Source: a virus (lineage: Duplodnaviria > Caudoviricetes). Taken from it: a stretch of DNA of 54,893 bases. The DNA lies in the IMG/VR virus record IMGVR_UViG_3300022602_000126, positions 1 to 54,893 of that record; one strand, given 5' to 3'. Below the pieces are notes generated by a model. That model did no database searches, had not been told where the DNA came from, and saw only the letters and a program-made list of their open reading frames with translations. The position numbers and the translations under genes are program-made. Of the stretch, positions 17,634 through 28,316 are shown one piece after another (the stretch's first letter is position 1; the number at the start of each line of letters is the position of its first letter).

Positions 17634-20600
17634 TTAACCAAGAATGGTTGTACGAGGAAATTTAAGATAGCTGTCACTTGCAAATGGCAATTGATACTGA
17701 TCTTCATTATTAATAAATTGTGTTTGATGACTATCAAATGTAGTTGGTGCTTTCAATTGAATAGTTTGAATATTAATCTGTTCATATTTTGGAACTGTTT
17801 GATTTGATATACCAACATGCGATGAATTATATTGTAACGTTTCGCCAGATTTAGCACCAAACTGAACCTGAACAACTTGGTTGATGAATATTTGCTGAGT
17901 AAATGTCAAATATACTGTATTATCAGTAATGTTAATTGTCCAAACTCCGCCTCGTTCATTAACGGTTGCACTGCCATTTTGAACTTCGGCATAACCAGGC
18001 ACGATTGCTCCATTCAAATTCCAACCTTGGTTATATTCATTTGGAAATAATCCAACATTATAATTTTCTTGGGTGCTGAACACAATAGTCTTGCCATCCC
18101 AGTCACCGCTATTATCGCCATCAAGACCACCAATAGCATTAATTTGAGTGATTGTATGACCGTTTACTTGGTCAAATGGTATATCAATTGCATAAGCTAC
18201 TGATGCACTTGGAGTGATACTCAGCACATATCCAGTATCGAATGTAGTATATGATTTTGTTATAAATTTTCCTGTATTCAAGTCAAAATTAATATCCATG
18301 TTATTATCAAAGATATAACGATCAGATACAAATGGAATTAACTTAATATCTTGTTTTGGAGTATTTCTAAGATTAAACAAGACGCGCTCGCCAGTTCCAG
18401 CTTTTAAATAGGCTAACACTGCAAAAGTATTGAAACCTAAAATATTGCCATCTGGCTGAATACTAGTAAGCCATTGTGGTAATGTGTTGCTATCTGTTTC
18501 GCCAATGGCAATATCAATATCATTGATCATTAAATTTAAATCATTTGGATAAAGACTTTCGCCACTTTTTATTAGGAAACTATTGCTTGGCACAGCGCCA
18601 GTTAATTTTCCGTTAACCAAACTATAAGTTTTAGTATCTTCGAATAAATCAACATATATGACATCATAAAGTGCATTACCATTACTATCTGTTGCAGTAG
18701 CATAATGATAATCGCCAAAATAGAAACGTTTATTATAATGACGGCGTTGCATGGCAGCAATATAATCACTGGCTTGACTTGGAGTTAATCCATATCCTAC
18801 CAGAATTTTAATATCTTTCTGAATACCCCAATATGGATCGTTTGGACGATAGATATCATTATAATCAAAATAATCAGTATCAGTTAAAAGAAAATCAATA
18901 ATAGTTCGTTTTGCAACACTTGGCAAGCATACAAGATATAGATTGTCATATGGAGTATATGTTACATTGTTAACAGTAAGAGTAAATGTCTGTTGACTGC
19001 CAATTGTTTGACTATAATCATAGGCATCTACTATCATTTTATAAGTTCTATCAATAGTAGTTGGGGCTGTTGTTGTTCCAATCAAACTATTGGTCACATC
19101 AAATGTAGTTGTACCTTGATCCAAACTAAATTGTTGGAAACTTACTCGCCCACTTATTGATCCATCGCTTAATAGTGTCAATCCTTGTGGGATACGACTT
19201 CCACTTACTAGTGAATAATATAATTGACGACCGCTTTTTGCGGTTGCTTGTAAGGTTAACTGACTTACTTCGCCAGCATTGATTGAACCTAAACTTGATG
19301 GCGTAATCCAATTTACATCTAGGCTAGTTGCACCTAAAATTGTTATACTAAAAACTTTATATGGACTTACTATCGAACTATCAGAAGTGCTAGCAACCTG
19401 AACAGCAAATGTATATGTTTGACTAATGGCTGATTGTGGAGGAATATATCCAGTTAACCATCCAGTAGTTGAATCTAAGGATAATCCAGGTGGAAATGCA
19501 AAGTCACTTTTATCCCAGAATCCAGAATCCCATGGAACTGTATCAACTAGCGCAGGATTAACTGTATTTGGATTTCCCTGTGCAAGTTCAAATGCCGCTG
19601 TATCATTATCAACAGGAGGACCAGCATCCCATCCAGTTCCGCTAGTAGCAGTAATGTTATAACTTACAGCAATGTTATCATAATCTATGCCTTCAAATTT
19701 AAAAGCATAAAAGTTTCCACTTGTAAACGTAGCATAATCGCCCAAACTATCTGTAAGTAATATAGGCTGACGATAATTGGAAGTATCGCTGCTTATATTC
19801 GTATCATCATCAGTTAGTAGTGTATTATCAGCACTAATTGCTTCGTGATTGAAGACAACGATGCTATAATTTCTTATATCAAAACTTTTGCCGTCACTTA
19901 CTTCTATTGCAAAGTAATATGTTACTTTACTAATATTATTAAATGACTGACCAATTGGCAAATTTAAATCACTTTGATCCCATGGAGTAGCATCCCATGG
20001 GCTTGCATCAATATCCCAACCACTCGGTGGAACATAATTTGGAATAAGCGGACCACTAATAACGCCATCCGCACTTAAACTTGTGCCTAGTGGTAAATTT
20101 CCACTTAGCAATGAAAAAGTTAACTTATCACTATTCAAGTCAATTGCGCTTATTGGTATATTAATAACAATACCATCAACAAATTCACCAAGCGCAGTAT
20201 AATTACTTGTTAATAACTGAGGAGGATAGTTACCAGTGACAGTTATGGTAAAGCTACGATCAGTAATTTTTCCACTAGCACTGATTGCACGAACCGTGAA
20301 TGTGCTTGTTCTATCTTGCGTAACTGCTTCTGGAACGCCGTCGATACTATATGTGTCTTTTGGATTACCAGTTACTTGTCCACTGCTATCAATTTGTAGA
20401 CCAGCAGGCAATTTTCCTGAAATTAACTTATAATTAACATCTTTTCCGTCTGGTTGACCAGTTGGATCAACTGCTTGAAGTCCTAATTCAAAAAATTGCA
20501 AGGCTTGAACCTTGCCAAGATTTCCAGTTGGAGTAATCCATTCTGGATAACCTGTTGCATAACCTTGTGCACTTTCCTCGGTCAATACATCTATCTGTTG

Positions 20601-21542
20601 AAATAAAGTATTGCCAACAACATAAGGATAAACTGGCGCACCAGTATTATCAACCGTGCAGAAATAAGCATAAGTTCCAGTTGGATAATCTGGAGTAACG
20701 CAATAACGACCATTGTGGGTATCTAAATCTCCACCACCGACAAATTGATAATCTTCAATAAACATACCCATTGGATATGTTGTTAAATCATGCGCAGTAG
20801 TGGCAGCACGATAACTTGGAGATTTTAATCCATAGCCAGTAGCCATATTCTTAACGCCACTGGTATTATCTAACGGATTTACATATCCATTTGGTCCATA
20901 AATTGGAAATCCATCTAGACTAAAGCCAAGAATCTTACTATGTCCATCAGGATGAAATAAACTTCCATTCAAATATGAAATAACATTAACTTCTGGCAAA
21001 CCATGAACAGTGCTGCTATATGGACGACCGCCTAAGCCACTTAACCAAATTGGAGCAAAGCTATAATCATTATAAAAATATTGTCCACTAGGAGTTGAAC
21101 GACCGCCTGCAAGGTCTTGTTTATACCAGTGTTGACCATTGTCAATTTGTCCTTGACGAATACCGTTTGCATAAGTTTGATCAAAATGAAATCCAAATGG
21201 AGTAGTAAATCCAAATGGCGGAGCAGTATCAATTGCTGCTGGATAAATTGCAACGCCATTTAACCAAAAACCAACCAACTGTTGTCCAGTTGTCATAGGA
21301 TTGGCGGTTAAATTTTGTCCACTATTGTCAACCCAGCTACGATTATAATATTCGGCTAGAATAGCAGTGCTTTCATATATGCTGCCATATCCATGATAAG
21401 GAATACCAGTAGCAGTAAAATTTACAGTATTGGCAATTTCATTGTTGATTGGAACATTTGTCAAAAATGTCCAATTATCACTCACGTTTATTAAACGACC
21501 AAGTTGAAGGTTGGTGGCTAAACCATTAAACGACGATGCCAT
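17634..21542 (-). CDS. large virion protein with N-terminal YHYH-type domain and repeated putative Ig-like domains
   Basis: HSKILGFSLDGFPIYGP, DLD..NGR..VTPDYP.GTYAYF; repeats of L.SG.LP.GL.L...G.I.G. Confidence 0.7.
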   Translation of the reverse strand: MASSFNGLATNLQLGRLINVSDNWTFLTNVPINNEIANTVNFTATGIPYHGYGSIYESTAILAEYYNRSWVDNSGQNLTANPMTTGQQLVGFWLNGVAIYPAAIDTAPPFGFTTPFGFHFDQTYANGIRQGQIDNGQHWYKQDLAGGRSTPSGQYFYNDYSFAPIWLSGLGGRPYSSTVHGLPEVNVISYLNGSLFHPDGHSKILGFSLDGFPIYGPNGYVNPLDNTSGVKNMATGYGLKSPSYRAATTAHDLTTYPMGMFIEDYQFVGGGDLDTHNGRYCVTPDYPTGTYAYFCTVDNTGAPVYPYVVGNTLFQQIDVLTEESAQGYATGYPEWITPTGNLGKVQALQFFELGLQAVDPTGQPDGKDVNYKLISGKLPAGLQIDSSGQVTGNPKDTYSIDGVPEAVTQDRTSTFTVRAISASGKITDRSFTITVTGNYPPQLLTSNYTALGEFVDGIVINIPISAIDLNSDKLTFSLLSGNLPLGTSLSADGVISGPLIPNYVPPSGWDIDASPWDATPWDQSDLNLPIGQSFNNISKVTYYFAIEVSDGKSFDIRNYSIVVFNHEAISADNTLLTDDDTNISSDTSNYRQPILLTDSLGDYATFTSGNFYAFKFEGIDYDNIAVSYNITATSGTGWDAGPPVDNDTAAFELAQGNPNTVNPALVDTVPWDSGFWDKSDFAFPPGLSLDSTTGWLTGYIPPQSAISQTYTFAVQVASTSDSSIVSPYKVFSITILGATSLDVNWITPSSLGSINAGEVSQLTLQATAKSGRQLYYSLVSGSRIPQGLTLLSDGSISGRVSFQQFSLDQGTTTFDVTNSLIGTTTAPTTIDRTYKMIVDAYDYSQTIGSQQTFTLTVNNVTYTPYDNLYLVCLPSVAKRTIIDFLLTDTDYFDYNDIYRPNDPYWGIQKDIKILVGYGLTPSQASDYIAAMQRRHYNKRFYFGDYHYATATDSNGNALYDVIYVDLFEDTKTYSLVNGKLTGAVPSNSFLIKSGESLYPNDLNLMINDIDIAIGETDSNTLPQWLTSIQPDGNILGFNTFAVLAYLKAGTGERVLFNLRNTPKQDIKLIPFVSDRYIFDNNMDINFDLNTGKFITKSYTTFDTGYVLSITPSASVAYAIDIPFDQVNGHTITQINAIGGLDGDNSGDWDGKTIVFSTQENYNVGLFPNEYNQGWNLNGAIVPGYAEVQNGSATVNERGGVWTINITDNTVYLTFTQQIFINQVVQVQFGAKSGETLQYNSSHVGISNQTVPKYEQINIQTIQLKAPTTFDSHQTQFINNEDQYQLPFASDSYLKFPRTTILG

Positions 21543-21574
21543 ACTTTATACGCTCCACTAGGATATTTATTGGT

Positions 21575-23794
21575 TTAACAAACTCGTATCCAACGAGGTC
21601 CACCTGGCAATTGTTGCGGTATAGGATTTCCATTATAAGGAGCATATTTTACATAATGCCAGCTTACAGGAGTGGTTGGACTAATACTTGAAATATTTCC
21701 ACTAACTGTGCTATCATTTGCAATAATACGCAAACTACTAACATTAATATTACTGCCAATAGTTACTTTTGTTCCATCAGCAATAGTAGAATTTGCTGGT
21801 AGATATACATTTGCAACAGCAACATTGCCACCAGCAGTATTATCAAGAATTAAGGTTGATACATTGCCATATAGCGTTGCCGTATTACTTGAAGTATTAG
21901 CAAGATTTGCAAAAGCATAACCATTAATTGCAATATAACCTAAAATATAACTTGTGCTAGATATACCATTGGCAGCAAGATTGGCATTTGAGAAATAAGC
22001 TGGCAGATAGTTAGCTACACTTGCATTGCTATAAAGACCAGTTAAGTATTGTGAACTACCAACAAAATATGTTGCATTAACATTGCCAGTGGTGTTAACA
22101 TTGCCTGCATTAATATTGCCGCTATAACTTGGAAGATATGAAGCAACTTGAATATTACCATACATGCCAGTAAGTAAGCTACCGTTGCCAATAAAGAATG
22201 TTCCGCCAACATTGCCTGTTGCAACAAGATTGCCAGCAGTTAAGTTTCCTGTATAAGTTGGCAAATATGTTCCAAGATATGCACTTGTTTGCGTATTGCC
22301 ATACATACCAGTTAGTGTACTGCCATTTCCATAATGATAAGTTGCGGTAACATTACCAGTGCTTGTAATATTAGCAACAGTGACATTGCTGTTAAATTTA
22401 GCTGTTCCTGTTACTTGAAGTTTGTTTGTAGCATCATCGGTGCCACCAAGCACCCAACGGCTGCTGGTGATGCGCCCTGCCTCATTAGCGGCTAATGTAT
22501 TATCGGTATGGAATACAATCGCTTTGCTAAGAGATGCAGTTCCGATAGCAATATTTCCATTGGCAACATATAGATAAGCATCATTTGGATAAGTGATAGT
22601 AAAGTTACTGTTGCTATAATTGTTAGAATTGATACCAAGATCAACATAGTATGCACTATCATTACCATTGTTAGCAGTTGCAACGACATCGGCACTGGTG
22701 CTAGCACCATTGCCAATGTTTTGAATGTTAATTTGAGTATAGTTTGTGCTATTATCTACAAAGCTAGCTGTTAGATAGGTTGTAGGAACAGTTCCCAATG
22801 GACCAACGATAAGATCATTACTGGCTAGCAGATTTGCTGCGTTGATATTTCCGCTATATGTTGCATAATAACCAAAAGTATTGCCTGTTGTGACAATATT
22901 GCCGCTACTATAAATGTTTCCAGCAATACCGATACCGCCCTGAATAATTACTGCGCCTGTTTGTGTGCTTGTTGCTTGTGTAGTATCATTAACCCAAATT
23001 TGGGTAGCAGCGGCAATGGCAAGGTCACCAGTGCCATCAGCATTAATATTAATATTAGCATTGGTGCCTGCTGGCGTAATAATGTTGCCAGTAGCACTTA
23101 GCACAAGATTTGCACCCGCACGAAGCGCCACATTTCCGTTTATGTTAACATTACTTGCTAACACATTGCCATTATAAGTTGTTAGGTAAGCAGCAACGTT
23201 GCTATTGCCATATGCGCTTGGTGTAATGCCATTTAGACCGCTTAGATAATATCCATTACCTGTCACGAATCCACTAGTAGTTAAGTTACCAGTTGCATAA
23301 ATGTTACTATTACTATAAAGAGTTCCAATGTTTGCGATAGCAATGTTTGCAGCAATCAAATTACCAATAGTATTAACATTTGGTAGGTTATTGCCTGTGA
23401 AATTCTGTGCGTTGATAGCAGTGCCAGCAGTGGTGGCATACAGTGCAGTAGTGGCAACAGTAGCAGTGCTAGCAGTTCCACTTAGGTTACCGATGATTGG
23501 ATAAACGCCGCTAGTAGTGATCTGCCCATAAAATGTAGCGTTATTGGCAGTCATACTAGTGAACCAAGTAGCATTAGCTACTAACGCACTGCCTACGCCA
23601 ATCAACACATTCGCATTATATGTGGGTTGTAAAACTAAGTTTGCGCCAGGAGTATTGGTGGTATATGTGTCAACGCTGCCGACTGTGGCGAACAAGCGAC
23701 TGAAATTGTTATTTGTTTTTGTTAATGCTATTCTTAACGGGTCACCAGTGCCATCATTCGCAAATGCGCCTAAATTAATAACCTCTTGTACCAT
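21575..23794 (-). CDS. tail fibre/baseplate-type structural protein
   Basis: N-terminal INLG..ANDGTGDPLR motif; GN/AN-rich repeats; AGGAG RBS and TAAATA box. Confidence 0.75.
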   Translation of the reverse strand: MVQEVINLGAFANDGTGDPLRIALTKTNNNFSRLFATVGSVDTYTTNTPGANLVLQPTYNANVLIGVGSALVANATWFTSMTANNATFYGQITTSGVYPIIGNLSGTASTATVATTALYATTAGTAINAQNFTGNNLPNVNTIGNLIAANIAIANIGTLYSNSNIYATGNLTTSGFVTGNGYYLSGLNGITPSAYGNSNVAAYLTTYNGNVLASNVNINGNVALRAGANLVLSATGNIITPAGTNANININADGTGDLAIAAATQIWVNDTTQATSTQTGAVIIQGGIGIAGNIYSSGNIVTTGNTFGYYATYSGNINAANLLASNDLIVGPLGTVPTTYLTASFVDNSTNYTQINIQNIGNGASTSADVVATANNGNDSAYYVDLGINSNNYSNSNFTITYPNDAYLYVANGNIAIGTASLSKAIVFHTDNTLAANEAGRITSSRWVLGGTDDATNKLQVTGTAKFNSNVTVANITSTGNVTATYHYGNGSTLTGMYGNTQTSAYLGTYLPTYTGNLTAGNLVATGNVGGTFFIGNGSLLTGMYGNIQVASYLPSYSGNINAGNVNTTGNVNATYFVGSSQYLTGLYSNASVANYLPAYFSNANLAANGISSTSYILGYIAINGYAFANLANTSSNTATLYGNVSTLILDNTAGGNVAVANVYLPANSTIADGTKVTIGSNINVSSLRIIANDSTVSGNISSISPTTPVSWHYVKYAPYNGNPIPQQLPGGPRWIRVC

Positions 23795-23831
23795 AAAAAA
23801 ACTCCTGCACAATATTTAGCAGGAGTAATTT

Positions 23832-24179
23832 TTACACACTAATTGATGTTCCGCAACCGCAACTAGACTTTGCTATTGGGTTGTTGACCACAAGTTGGCT
23901 GCTAATAAAATTATTTTTATAATCTATTTCACTGCCAATTAGGTAAACAAGTGAAGTTCCATCTACAATAAGACTTTTACCTTCACCCACGCTAATCATT
24001 TCATCAATATCTGGTGAACCTTTTTCAGAATAAAGTTCATCATCTGCTGGCTGCCAAAAATATTCAAAACCAGCACAACCGCCACCTTGTAATCCAAATA
24101 CAAGATATGGTTTATCAATATCAATAAGAGTGCGACGAATATGTGTTCTTGCTGCTTCTGTTAGGGTTACTGCTTGCAT
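23832..24179 (-). CDS. A-type Fe-S cluster carrier (IscA/HesB family)
   Basis: TLTEAA, GGGCAGFEY, C-terminal SSCGCGTS. Confidence 0.92.
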   Translation of the reverse strand: MQAVTLTEAARTHIRRTLIDIDKPYLVFGLQGGGCAGFEYFWQPADDELYSEKGSPDIDEMISVGEGKSLIVDGTSLVYLIGSEIDYKNNFISSQLVVNNPIAKSSCGCGTSISV

Positions 24180-24188
24180 AATGATATC

Positions 24189-24404
24189 TCACTTAAAACG
24201 ATAGGTAATTCTTCCACGAGTTAAATCATATGGAGTTAATTCTACTGATACACGATCATCTTGGATAATCTTAATTTTATTCTTACGCATATTTCCACTG
24301 GCATAGGCAAGGATAATATGGTTATCTATATCCACACGGAATACACCGTTAGGTAAAACCTCTACTACCTTGCCTTCAAGTGTTAATAATTCTTCTTTTG
24401 CCAA
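24189..24404 (-). CDS. infA: translation initiation factor IF-1
   Basis: MAKEE..EGKV.E.LPN..FRV...SG.MR...I.I...[18 protein letters not shown]; TTG start. Confidence 0.95.
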   Translation of the reverse strand: MAKEELLTLEGKVVEVLPNGVFRVDIDNHIILAYASGNMRKNKIKIIQDDRVSVELTPYDLTRGRITYRFK

Positions 24405-24464
24405 CCTAAACCTTTAATTTTAATATTATTATATAGCAAAACTTTTACAAAGTAAAGTTATTTA

Positions 24465-24530
24465 ATAAATAATAGTGTAGATCACGGATTCGCAGTCCCA
24501 TCTACTCTATCGCCTAGGAGGGCAACAGCA
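24465..24530 (+). promoter_or_regulatory. Endonuclease leader cassette copy D
   Basis: ATAAATAATAGT-GTAGAT-CAC-GGAT TCGCA GTCC-C-ATCTAC-TCTA-TCGCC TAGGAG GGCAA-CAGCA-ATG. Confidence 0.85.
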
Positions 24531-25187
24531 ATGGTATTTACCAAACAAAATCCACCAAGTGGATATTATGTATATGCTTATATAAGAGCAAGTGATTTAA
24601 CTCCATATTATATTGGTAAGGGCAAAGAAAATCGTGCTTACAATAAACACGATAACATACCTATTCCAAAAAATCAAGATAGAATTATAATTGTTGAGCA
24701 TAATTTAACTGAAATCGGTGCATTGGCAATAGAACGCCGATTGATTGCTTGGTATGGTCGCAAAGATAATAATACTGGTATTTTAAGAAATAAAACTGAT
24801 GGTGGTGATGGAATATCTGGAAGAGTATATTCTGTTGAAGACTTATCAAAAATGAGTGCGAGTATGAAGGGGAAAAATAAAAACCCAAAAACAGAAGAAC
24901 ACAAAAATAAAATTTCTTCTGCAATGACTGGACGAAAATTTAGTGAAGAACATAAAGAAAAATTGAAAAAAACTAGGTCTCTTGAAACTCGCAAAAAAAT
25001 GTCAGAATCCGCCAAGAAAAGAAAACATTCCCCAGAAAGCATAGAAAAAATTAGAATGAGTTCTAGTGGAAGAACTCATTCCAAAGAAACAAAGGAAAAA
25101 ATTGGATTGGCAAGTCGTTTAAGAGGAAAAAAATCTACTTATATTTCACCGACATTGAATCGCCTGTATCTGGATCAAACATTGTAA
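24531..25187 (+). CDS. GIY-YIG homing endonuclease with NUMOD3 repeats
   Basis: YYVYAY..PYYIGKG, N.TDGGDG, H(S/T)EE.K.KIS repeats. Confidence 0.88.
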   Translation: MVFTKQNPPSGYYVYAYIRASDLTPYYIGKGKENRAYNKHDNIPIPKNQDRIIIVEHNLTEIGALAIERRLIAWYGRKDNNTGILRNKTDGGDGISGRVYSVEDLSKMSASMKGKNKNPKTEEHKNKISSAMTGRKFSEEHKEKLKKTRSLETRKKMSESAKKRKHSPESIEKIRMSSSGRTHSKETKEKIGLASRLRGKKSTYISPTLNRLYLDQTL

Positions 25188-25626
25188 AAGCATCCAAATC
25201 AGTAGGAGATGCTGGCATTACTGTTCGACTTGTTGTAGATGTAGTGATAGGATTTCTATGCAGTATATCTGTTAATTCTGCAATCTGATCATCAGTCAAT
25301 GTAACAGTGGGCGTATATGGAGCAGTAGTAACGCCCCAATTGCCGTTATAGTTTCTACCTTGATCATAGGTGCCTGGTGACCAATATGAGCCACGGTCTT
25401 TATTAACTGCATCTACTTTAAGTCTATCCATATCATGACGCATATTTTGCAATTCACGCCACATTTGTTCAAGTGGTCCAACAGGATCAATTCTATCTGA
25501 AAGCGATTCTGCTACCTTACTCAACACAACGGCTTGCTTGAACGCATCAAGCACGGTTGGATCACGTGATATCAAAACTTTATCTAGTTCTCGTAGTTGT
25601 TCTACTAAATTAGTTTTGGCCATCAT
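25135..25626 (-). CDS. hypothetical protein
   Basis: 163-aa ORF. Confidence 0.7.
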   Translation of the reverse strand: MMAKTNLVEQLRELDKVLISRDPTVLDAFKQAVVLSKVAESLSDRIDPVGPLEQMWRELQNMRHDMDRLKVDAVNKDRGSYWSPGTYDQGRNYNGNWGVTTAPYTPTVTLTDDQIAELTDILHRNPITTSTTSRTVMPASPTDLDAFTMFDPDTGDSMSVKYK

Positions 25627-26185
25627 CTACCAAATCCTTTTTACGATAAAGAAGTGTCATGCCAGGTGCCCAATAAAGATTCTCGGCAATATGCCAAGGA
25701 TCGCTATTTTGCAAAAAGCTGTTGATGCCAAATGAAATTCCAATTGGTTGACCGCCTTGTCCAAGCTGAACCTGTGGATTAGGAATATGAGCAAAACTAA
25801 ATGAATTATTAACACAGATATAACGATTTACAAACTGCGCAAACCTTGTGCAAACTGTATAAACATAGTTTCCTTCTTGGAAAGAATCAATGAATAGCAT
25901 ATCTGTATCTGCAATAGTTTCTACATCAAGAATTTGCTGATTATTGAATATAAGCTGAACGCCATATTCATTTGCCAAATCTTGATAATCACTAATGCCT
26001 TCTGTTAAGACATGATCATATATGGTAATTGTTTTTGGTTTTGTGCTTAGTGCGACAAGAGTAGAAAGACCACTCCCAAAGCCAACAATAGTAATACTGT
26101 CAACTCTCCTACACCAATCCAAGAAAGCAAGCATCTGTGGATTGCTGCTAATATTTTCTGCGATGTTTTCATAAATTTCCTGCAT
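25610..26185 (-). CDS. hypothetical protein, degenerate class I methyltransferase-like
   Basis: VGFGSGLST and TDMLFIDS resemble Rossmann MTase motifs. Confidence 0.5.
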   Translation of the reverse strand: MQEIYENIAENISSNPQMLAFLDWCRRVDSITIVGFGSGLSTLVALSTKPKTITIYDHVLTEGISDYQDLANEYGVQLIFNNQQILDVETIADTDMLFIDSFQEGNYVYTVCTRFAQFVNRYICVNNSFSFAHIPNPQVQLGQGGQPIGISFGINSFLQNSDPWHIAENLYWAPGMTLLYRKKDLVDDGQN

Positions 26186-26193
26186 GATTATAA

Positions 26194-26472
26194 TTATACC
26201 TTATTATGTTCCTTAGCTAAATTTAATAGTACTTGATATTGTTCCCATGCTTCCATGACCGTAGGATTCTGCTCACGAATCATGGCTTCAAAAAATGCGT
26301 TCTCTACAATGTCATGGGCAGCATTTTTAGTAGTCCAAATTTCTTCACGATCATTGTGTGGCAGCATATTGATACGCACACGAATTTCTTTATCATTTGG
26401 ATCAATACTTCCAAACGGACGACGAGTGACGGTTTTTCCACCGTCTGGACTTTCATAAATCCAAGAGGCCAT
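26194..26472 (-). CDS. hypothetical protein
   Basis: IYESPDGGKTV..R N-terminus. Confidence 0.75.
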   Translation of the reverse strand: MASWIYESPDGGKTVTRRPFGSIDPNDKEIRVRINMLPHNDREEIWTTKNAAHDIVENAFFEAMIREQNPTVMEAWEQYQVLLNLAKEHNKV

Positions 26473-26689
26473 TTTTAATTCCTAATGTTTGTGGAGAATG
26501 GTCAAGATATGCTCTGCCATCTTCTCGTTCATAGAAATAAGCATCCGCATCGTTAATGATTACGCTTAAATCACTGTGGTGAATATCATAATCGGTAAAC
26601 TCGCCGTTTTCATGATAAACACGGAATACCCATGTTTCACCGATTGGAAGCAGAACTCCGCTTGAACCGTTTGCACTTTTTGGTTTCAT
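26453..26689 (-). CDS. hypothetical protein
   Basis: 78-aa coupled ORF. Confidence 0.7.
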   Translation of the reverse strand: MKPKSANGSSGVLLPIGETWVFRVYHENGEFTDYDIHHSDLSVIINDADAYFYEREDGRAYLDHSPQTLGIKNGLLDL

Positions 26690-26874
26690 TTATGCGCAAT
26701 CTCTTCTTTTGTGTCTAATCCGTTAATATCATCGCGAATTTGTAATCGCCGTTTTTTCAAATCAGCAATTAATTTTTCTACCTGTGCATCGGGAAGTTTA
26801 TGTTCTTGCTCTAACGCATCAATTTGGTCATCAAGCATTTTGTGAAGCATGTGTAAGTAATCAATTTTCTTCAT
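26686..26874 (-). CDS. DUF465/YdcH-like small coiled-coil protein
   Basis: H..LD.QI..LE....LKKRRLQIRD.I pattern; TTGACA-N17-TATATT-N6-ATG promoter. Confidence 0.65.
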   Translation of the reverse strand: MKKIDYLHMLHKMLDDQIDALEQEHKLPDAQVEKLIADLKKRRLQIRDDINGLDTKEEIAHK

Positions 26875-26905
26875 ACATCTAATATAAGATATTAGTTAAT
26901 GCGTG

Positions 26906-27343
26906 TCAATAATTATTTTGACGATTTCTTACTGCAATGCTTAATTGGTCTGCGGGTATACCGTTCATTCTATACCCATCATACACATGTTTTAGATATT
27001 TGTGAGATGGTGATCTGTTTATATCGCCTCTGCTCTTGATCATTACATAAGTTAAGGATTTATATAATTCGCCTTTGTATAGCACTTCAATGAAAGCATG
27101 ACTATAATCTTTGCCATCACCTTCATACCAATCTAATATTTTTAATGAATCCATATCAACAGCCCACAACACCCCATAGGTTTTTGCGCCATCTTTTTGA
27201 ACGATATTAGTATAATGATTTATTTCTAGCTGTTGGTTTGGTGCAACAGCAACACCAATGCGTTTTGCGTTTGGAATACGGTTTTTTAATTCGGGTATAT
27301 TAGTATTATGCCCATATGAAAAATATAAAATGCTGCCAGCCAT
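26906..27343 (-). CDS. gamma-glutamylcyclotransferase (AIG2-like) protein
   Basis: YFSYG.N, GVLW, LD.YEG, PS..Y motifs. Confidence 0.8.
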   Translation of the reverse strand: MAGSILYFSYGHNTNIPELKNRIPNAKRIGVAVAPNQQLEINHYTNIVQKDGAKTYGVLWAVDMDSLKILDWYEGDGKDYSHAFIEVLYKGELYKSLTYVMIKSRGDINRSPSHKYLKHVYDGYRMNGIPADQLSIAVRNRQNNY

Positions 27344-27358
27344 AGAAATATTTATAAT

Positions 27359-27384
27359 AAAAAAGGGGAAGCCGAAACTTCCCC
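27359..27384 (-). terminator. Rho-independent terminator
   Basis: GGGGAAG-loop-CTTCCCC followed by T6 on minus strand. Confidence 0.8.
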
Positions 27385-27413
27385 TAATCAGTATTCATTC
27401 GCGTGTATAATAT

Positions 27414-28247
27414 TTAGTCGTTGCCTGGATCGCCCTTGCAAAGAGTTTTCTTTGCAGCAGCAACCGCCTTAAAATCTACTGGCCATAAAGCAGGCTTTGC
27501 CTTCTTATCAGCGCCAGCAGGAAGAGGAATAGTCAAACCGCTTGCAGCTTCAACATCAGCCACACTAACCTGAACCTTAGTTAGGTCATTGCCCTGATTC
27601 TCAGCCTGTGGGAATAGGAACGCATAAACTTCCTTAGTCTGGGTATCAACTACAATCTTCCACATCTTGTTTGGAACTGTTACCTTGTTAGCACCGATTG
27701 TCTTATCGGTTCCAACCTTGTAGATGTTGCCAGCATAGATGAGAAGTGTATGATTGCGTGAGAATGTCCATGCACCCGTTGAACCTTCAAGCAACTTCCA
27801 GATACCACGATTAAGACCTGGCAACTGTGGTGACATGTTACTCATTAGGAATGATTCATATTCAACTTGCTGATCCCATGACTGATGAGCATCATTGGCG
27901 ATATGTCCCTGATCATAGCCACTAGCAGCATAATCGCTTGGAGCACTACGCTTATCAGCAGGTAGCGCATTGTCGGCAACGAACGCATTAGAACGGGCTA
28001 CGCAGCCATTAACATGCTGTGGAGTGATTTCCCATGCTGCCCATAGTGGTTCCTTGGCAGCATTGTCATGCTGAACATAATAACCCTGACGGCAAAGTGG
28101 GGTAGTATCGTGTTTGGCAGTATCAGTAATCTTGCCATAAGGCATAAACGCAGCACAGACAGCATCTGGCTGATTTGGACGCTGATTCCAAGCATAAGCA
28201 AGAGTTGGAACCATAAGTGCGAGTAGTACTAGTAAAATCTTTTTCAT
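27414..28247 (-). CDS. exported DNA/RNA non-specific endonuclease (NucA/Serratia family)
   Basis: Signal peptide MKKILLVLLA..AYA, YDQGH (DRGH variant), SNMSPQ..LNRGIWK.LE, VP...WK. Confidence 0.85.
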   Translation of the reverse strand: MKKILLVLLALMVPTLAYAWNQRPNQPDAVCAAFMPYGKITDTAKHDTTPLCRQGYYVQHDNAAKEPLWAAWEITPQHVNGCVARSNAFVADNALPADKRSAPSDYAASGYDQGHIANDAHQSWDQQVEYESFLMSNMSPQLPGLNRGIWKLLEGSTGAWTFSRNHTLLIYAGNIYKVGTDKTIGANKVTVPNKMWKIVVDTQTKEVYAFLFPQAENQGNDLTKVQVSVADVEAASGLTIPLPAGADKKAKPALWPVDFKAVAAAKKTLCKGDPGND

Positions 28248-28284
28248 TGAAGTTTCCTTGGTTAGGTAAGGATATTTAGGCAAT

Positions 28285-28316
28285 AAAAAAGCACCAGAGA
28301 AATAAATCTCTGGTGC
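28285..28316 (-). terminator. Rho-independent terminator
   Basis: GCACCAGAG-ATTTATTT-CTCTGGTGC-TTTTTT on minus strand. Confidence 0.85.

Noticed and set aside
21900-23400. Tandem-like GN/AN repeats as a DNA repeat element or DGR target
   Set aside because: Degenerate protein-level repeats typical of fibre proteins; no reverse transcriptase or template/variable repeat pair seen in the window.
24465-24530. Leader cassette as an HDV-like/theta or hammerhead ribozyme (GGGCAACA resembles HDV)
   Set aside because: GGGCAACA occurs in only two copies; I could not build the nested double pseudoknot or find CUGAnGA/GAAA cores across copies.
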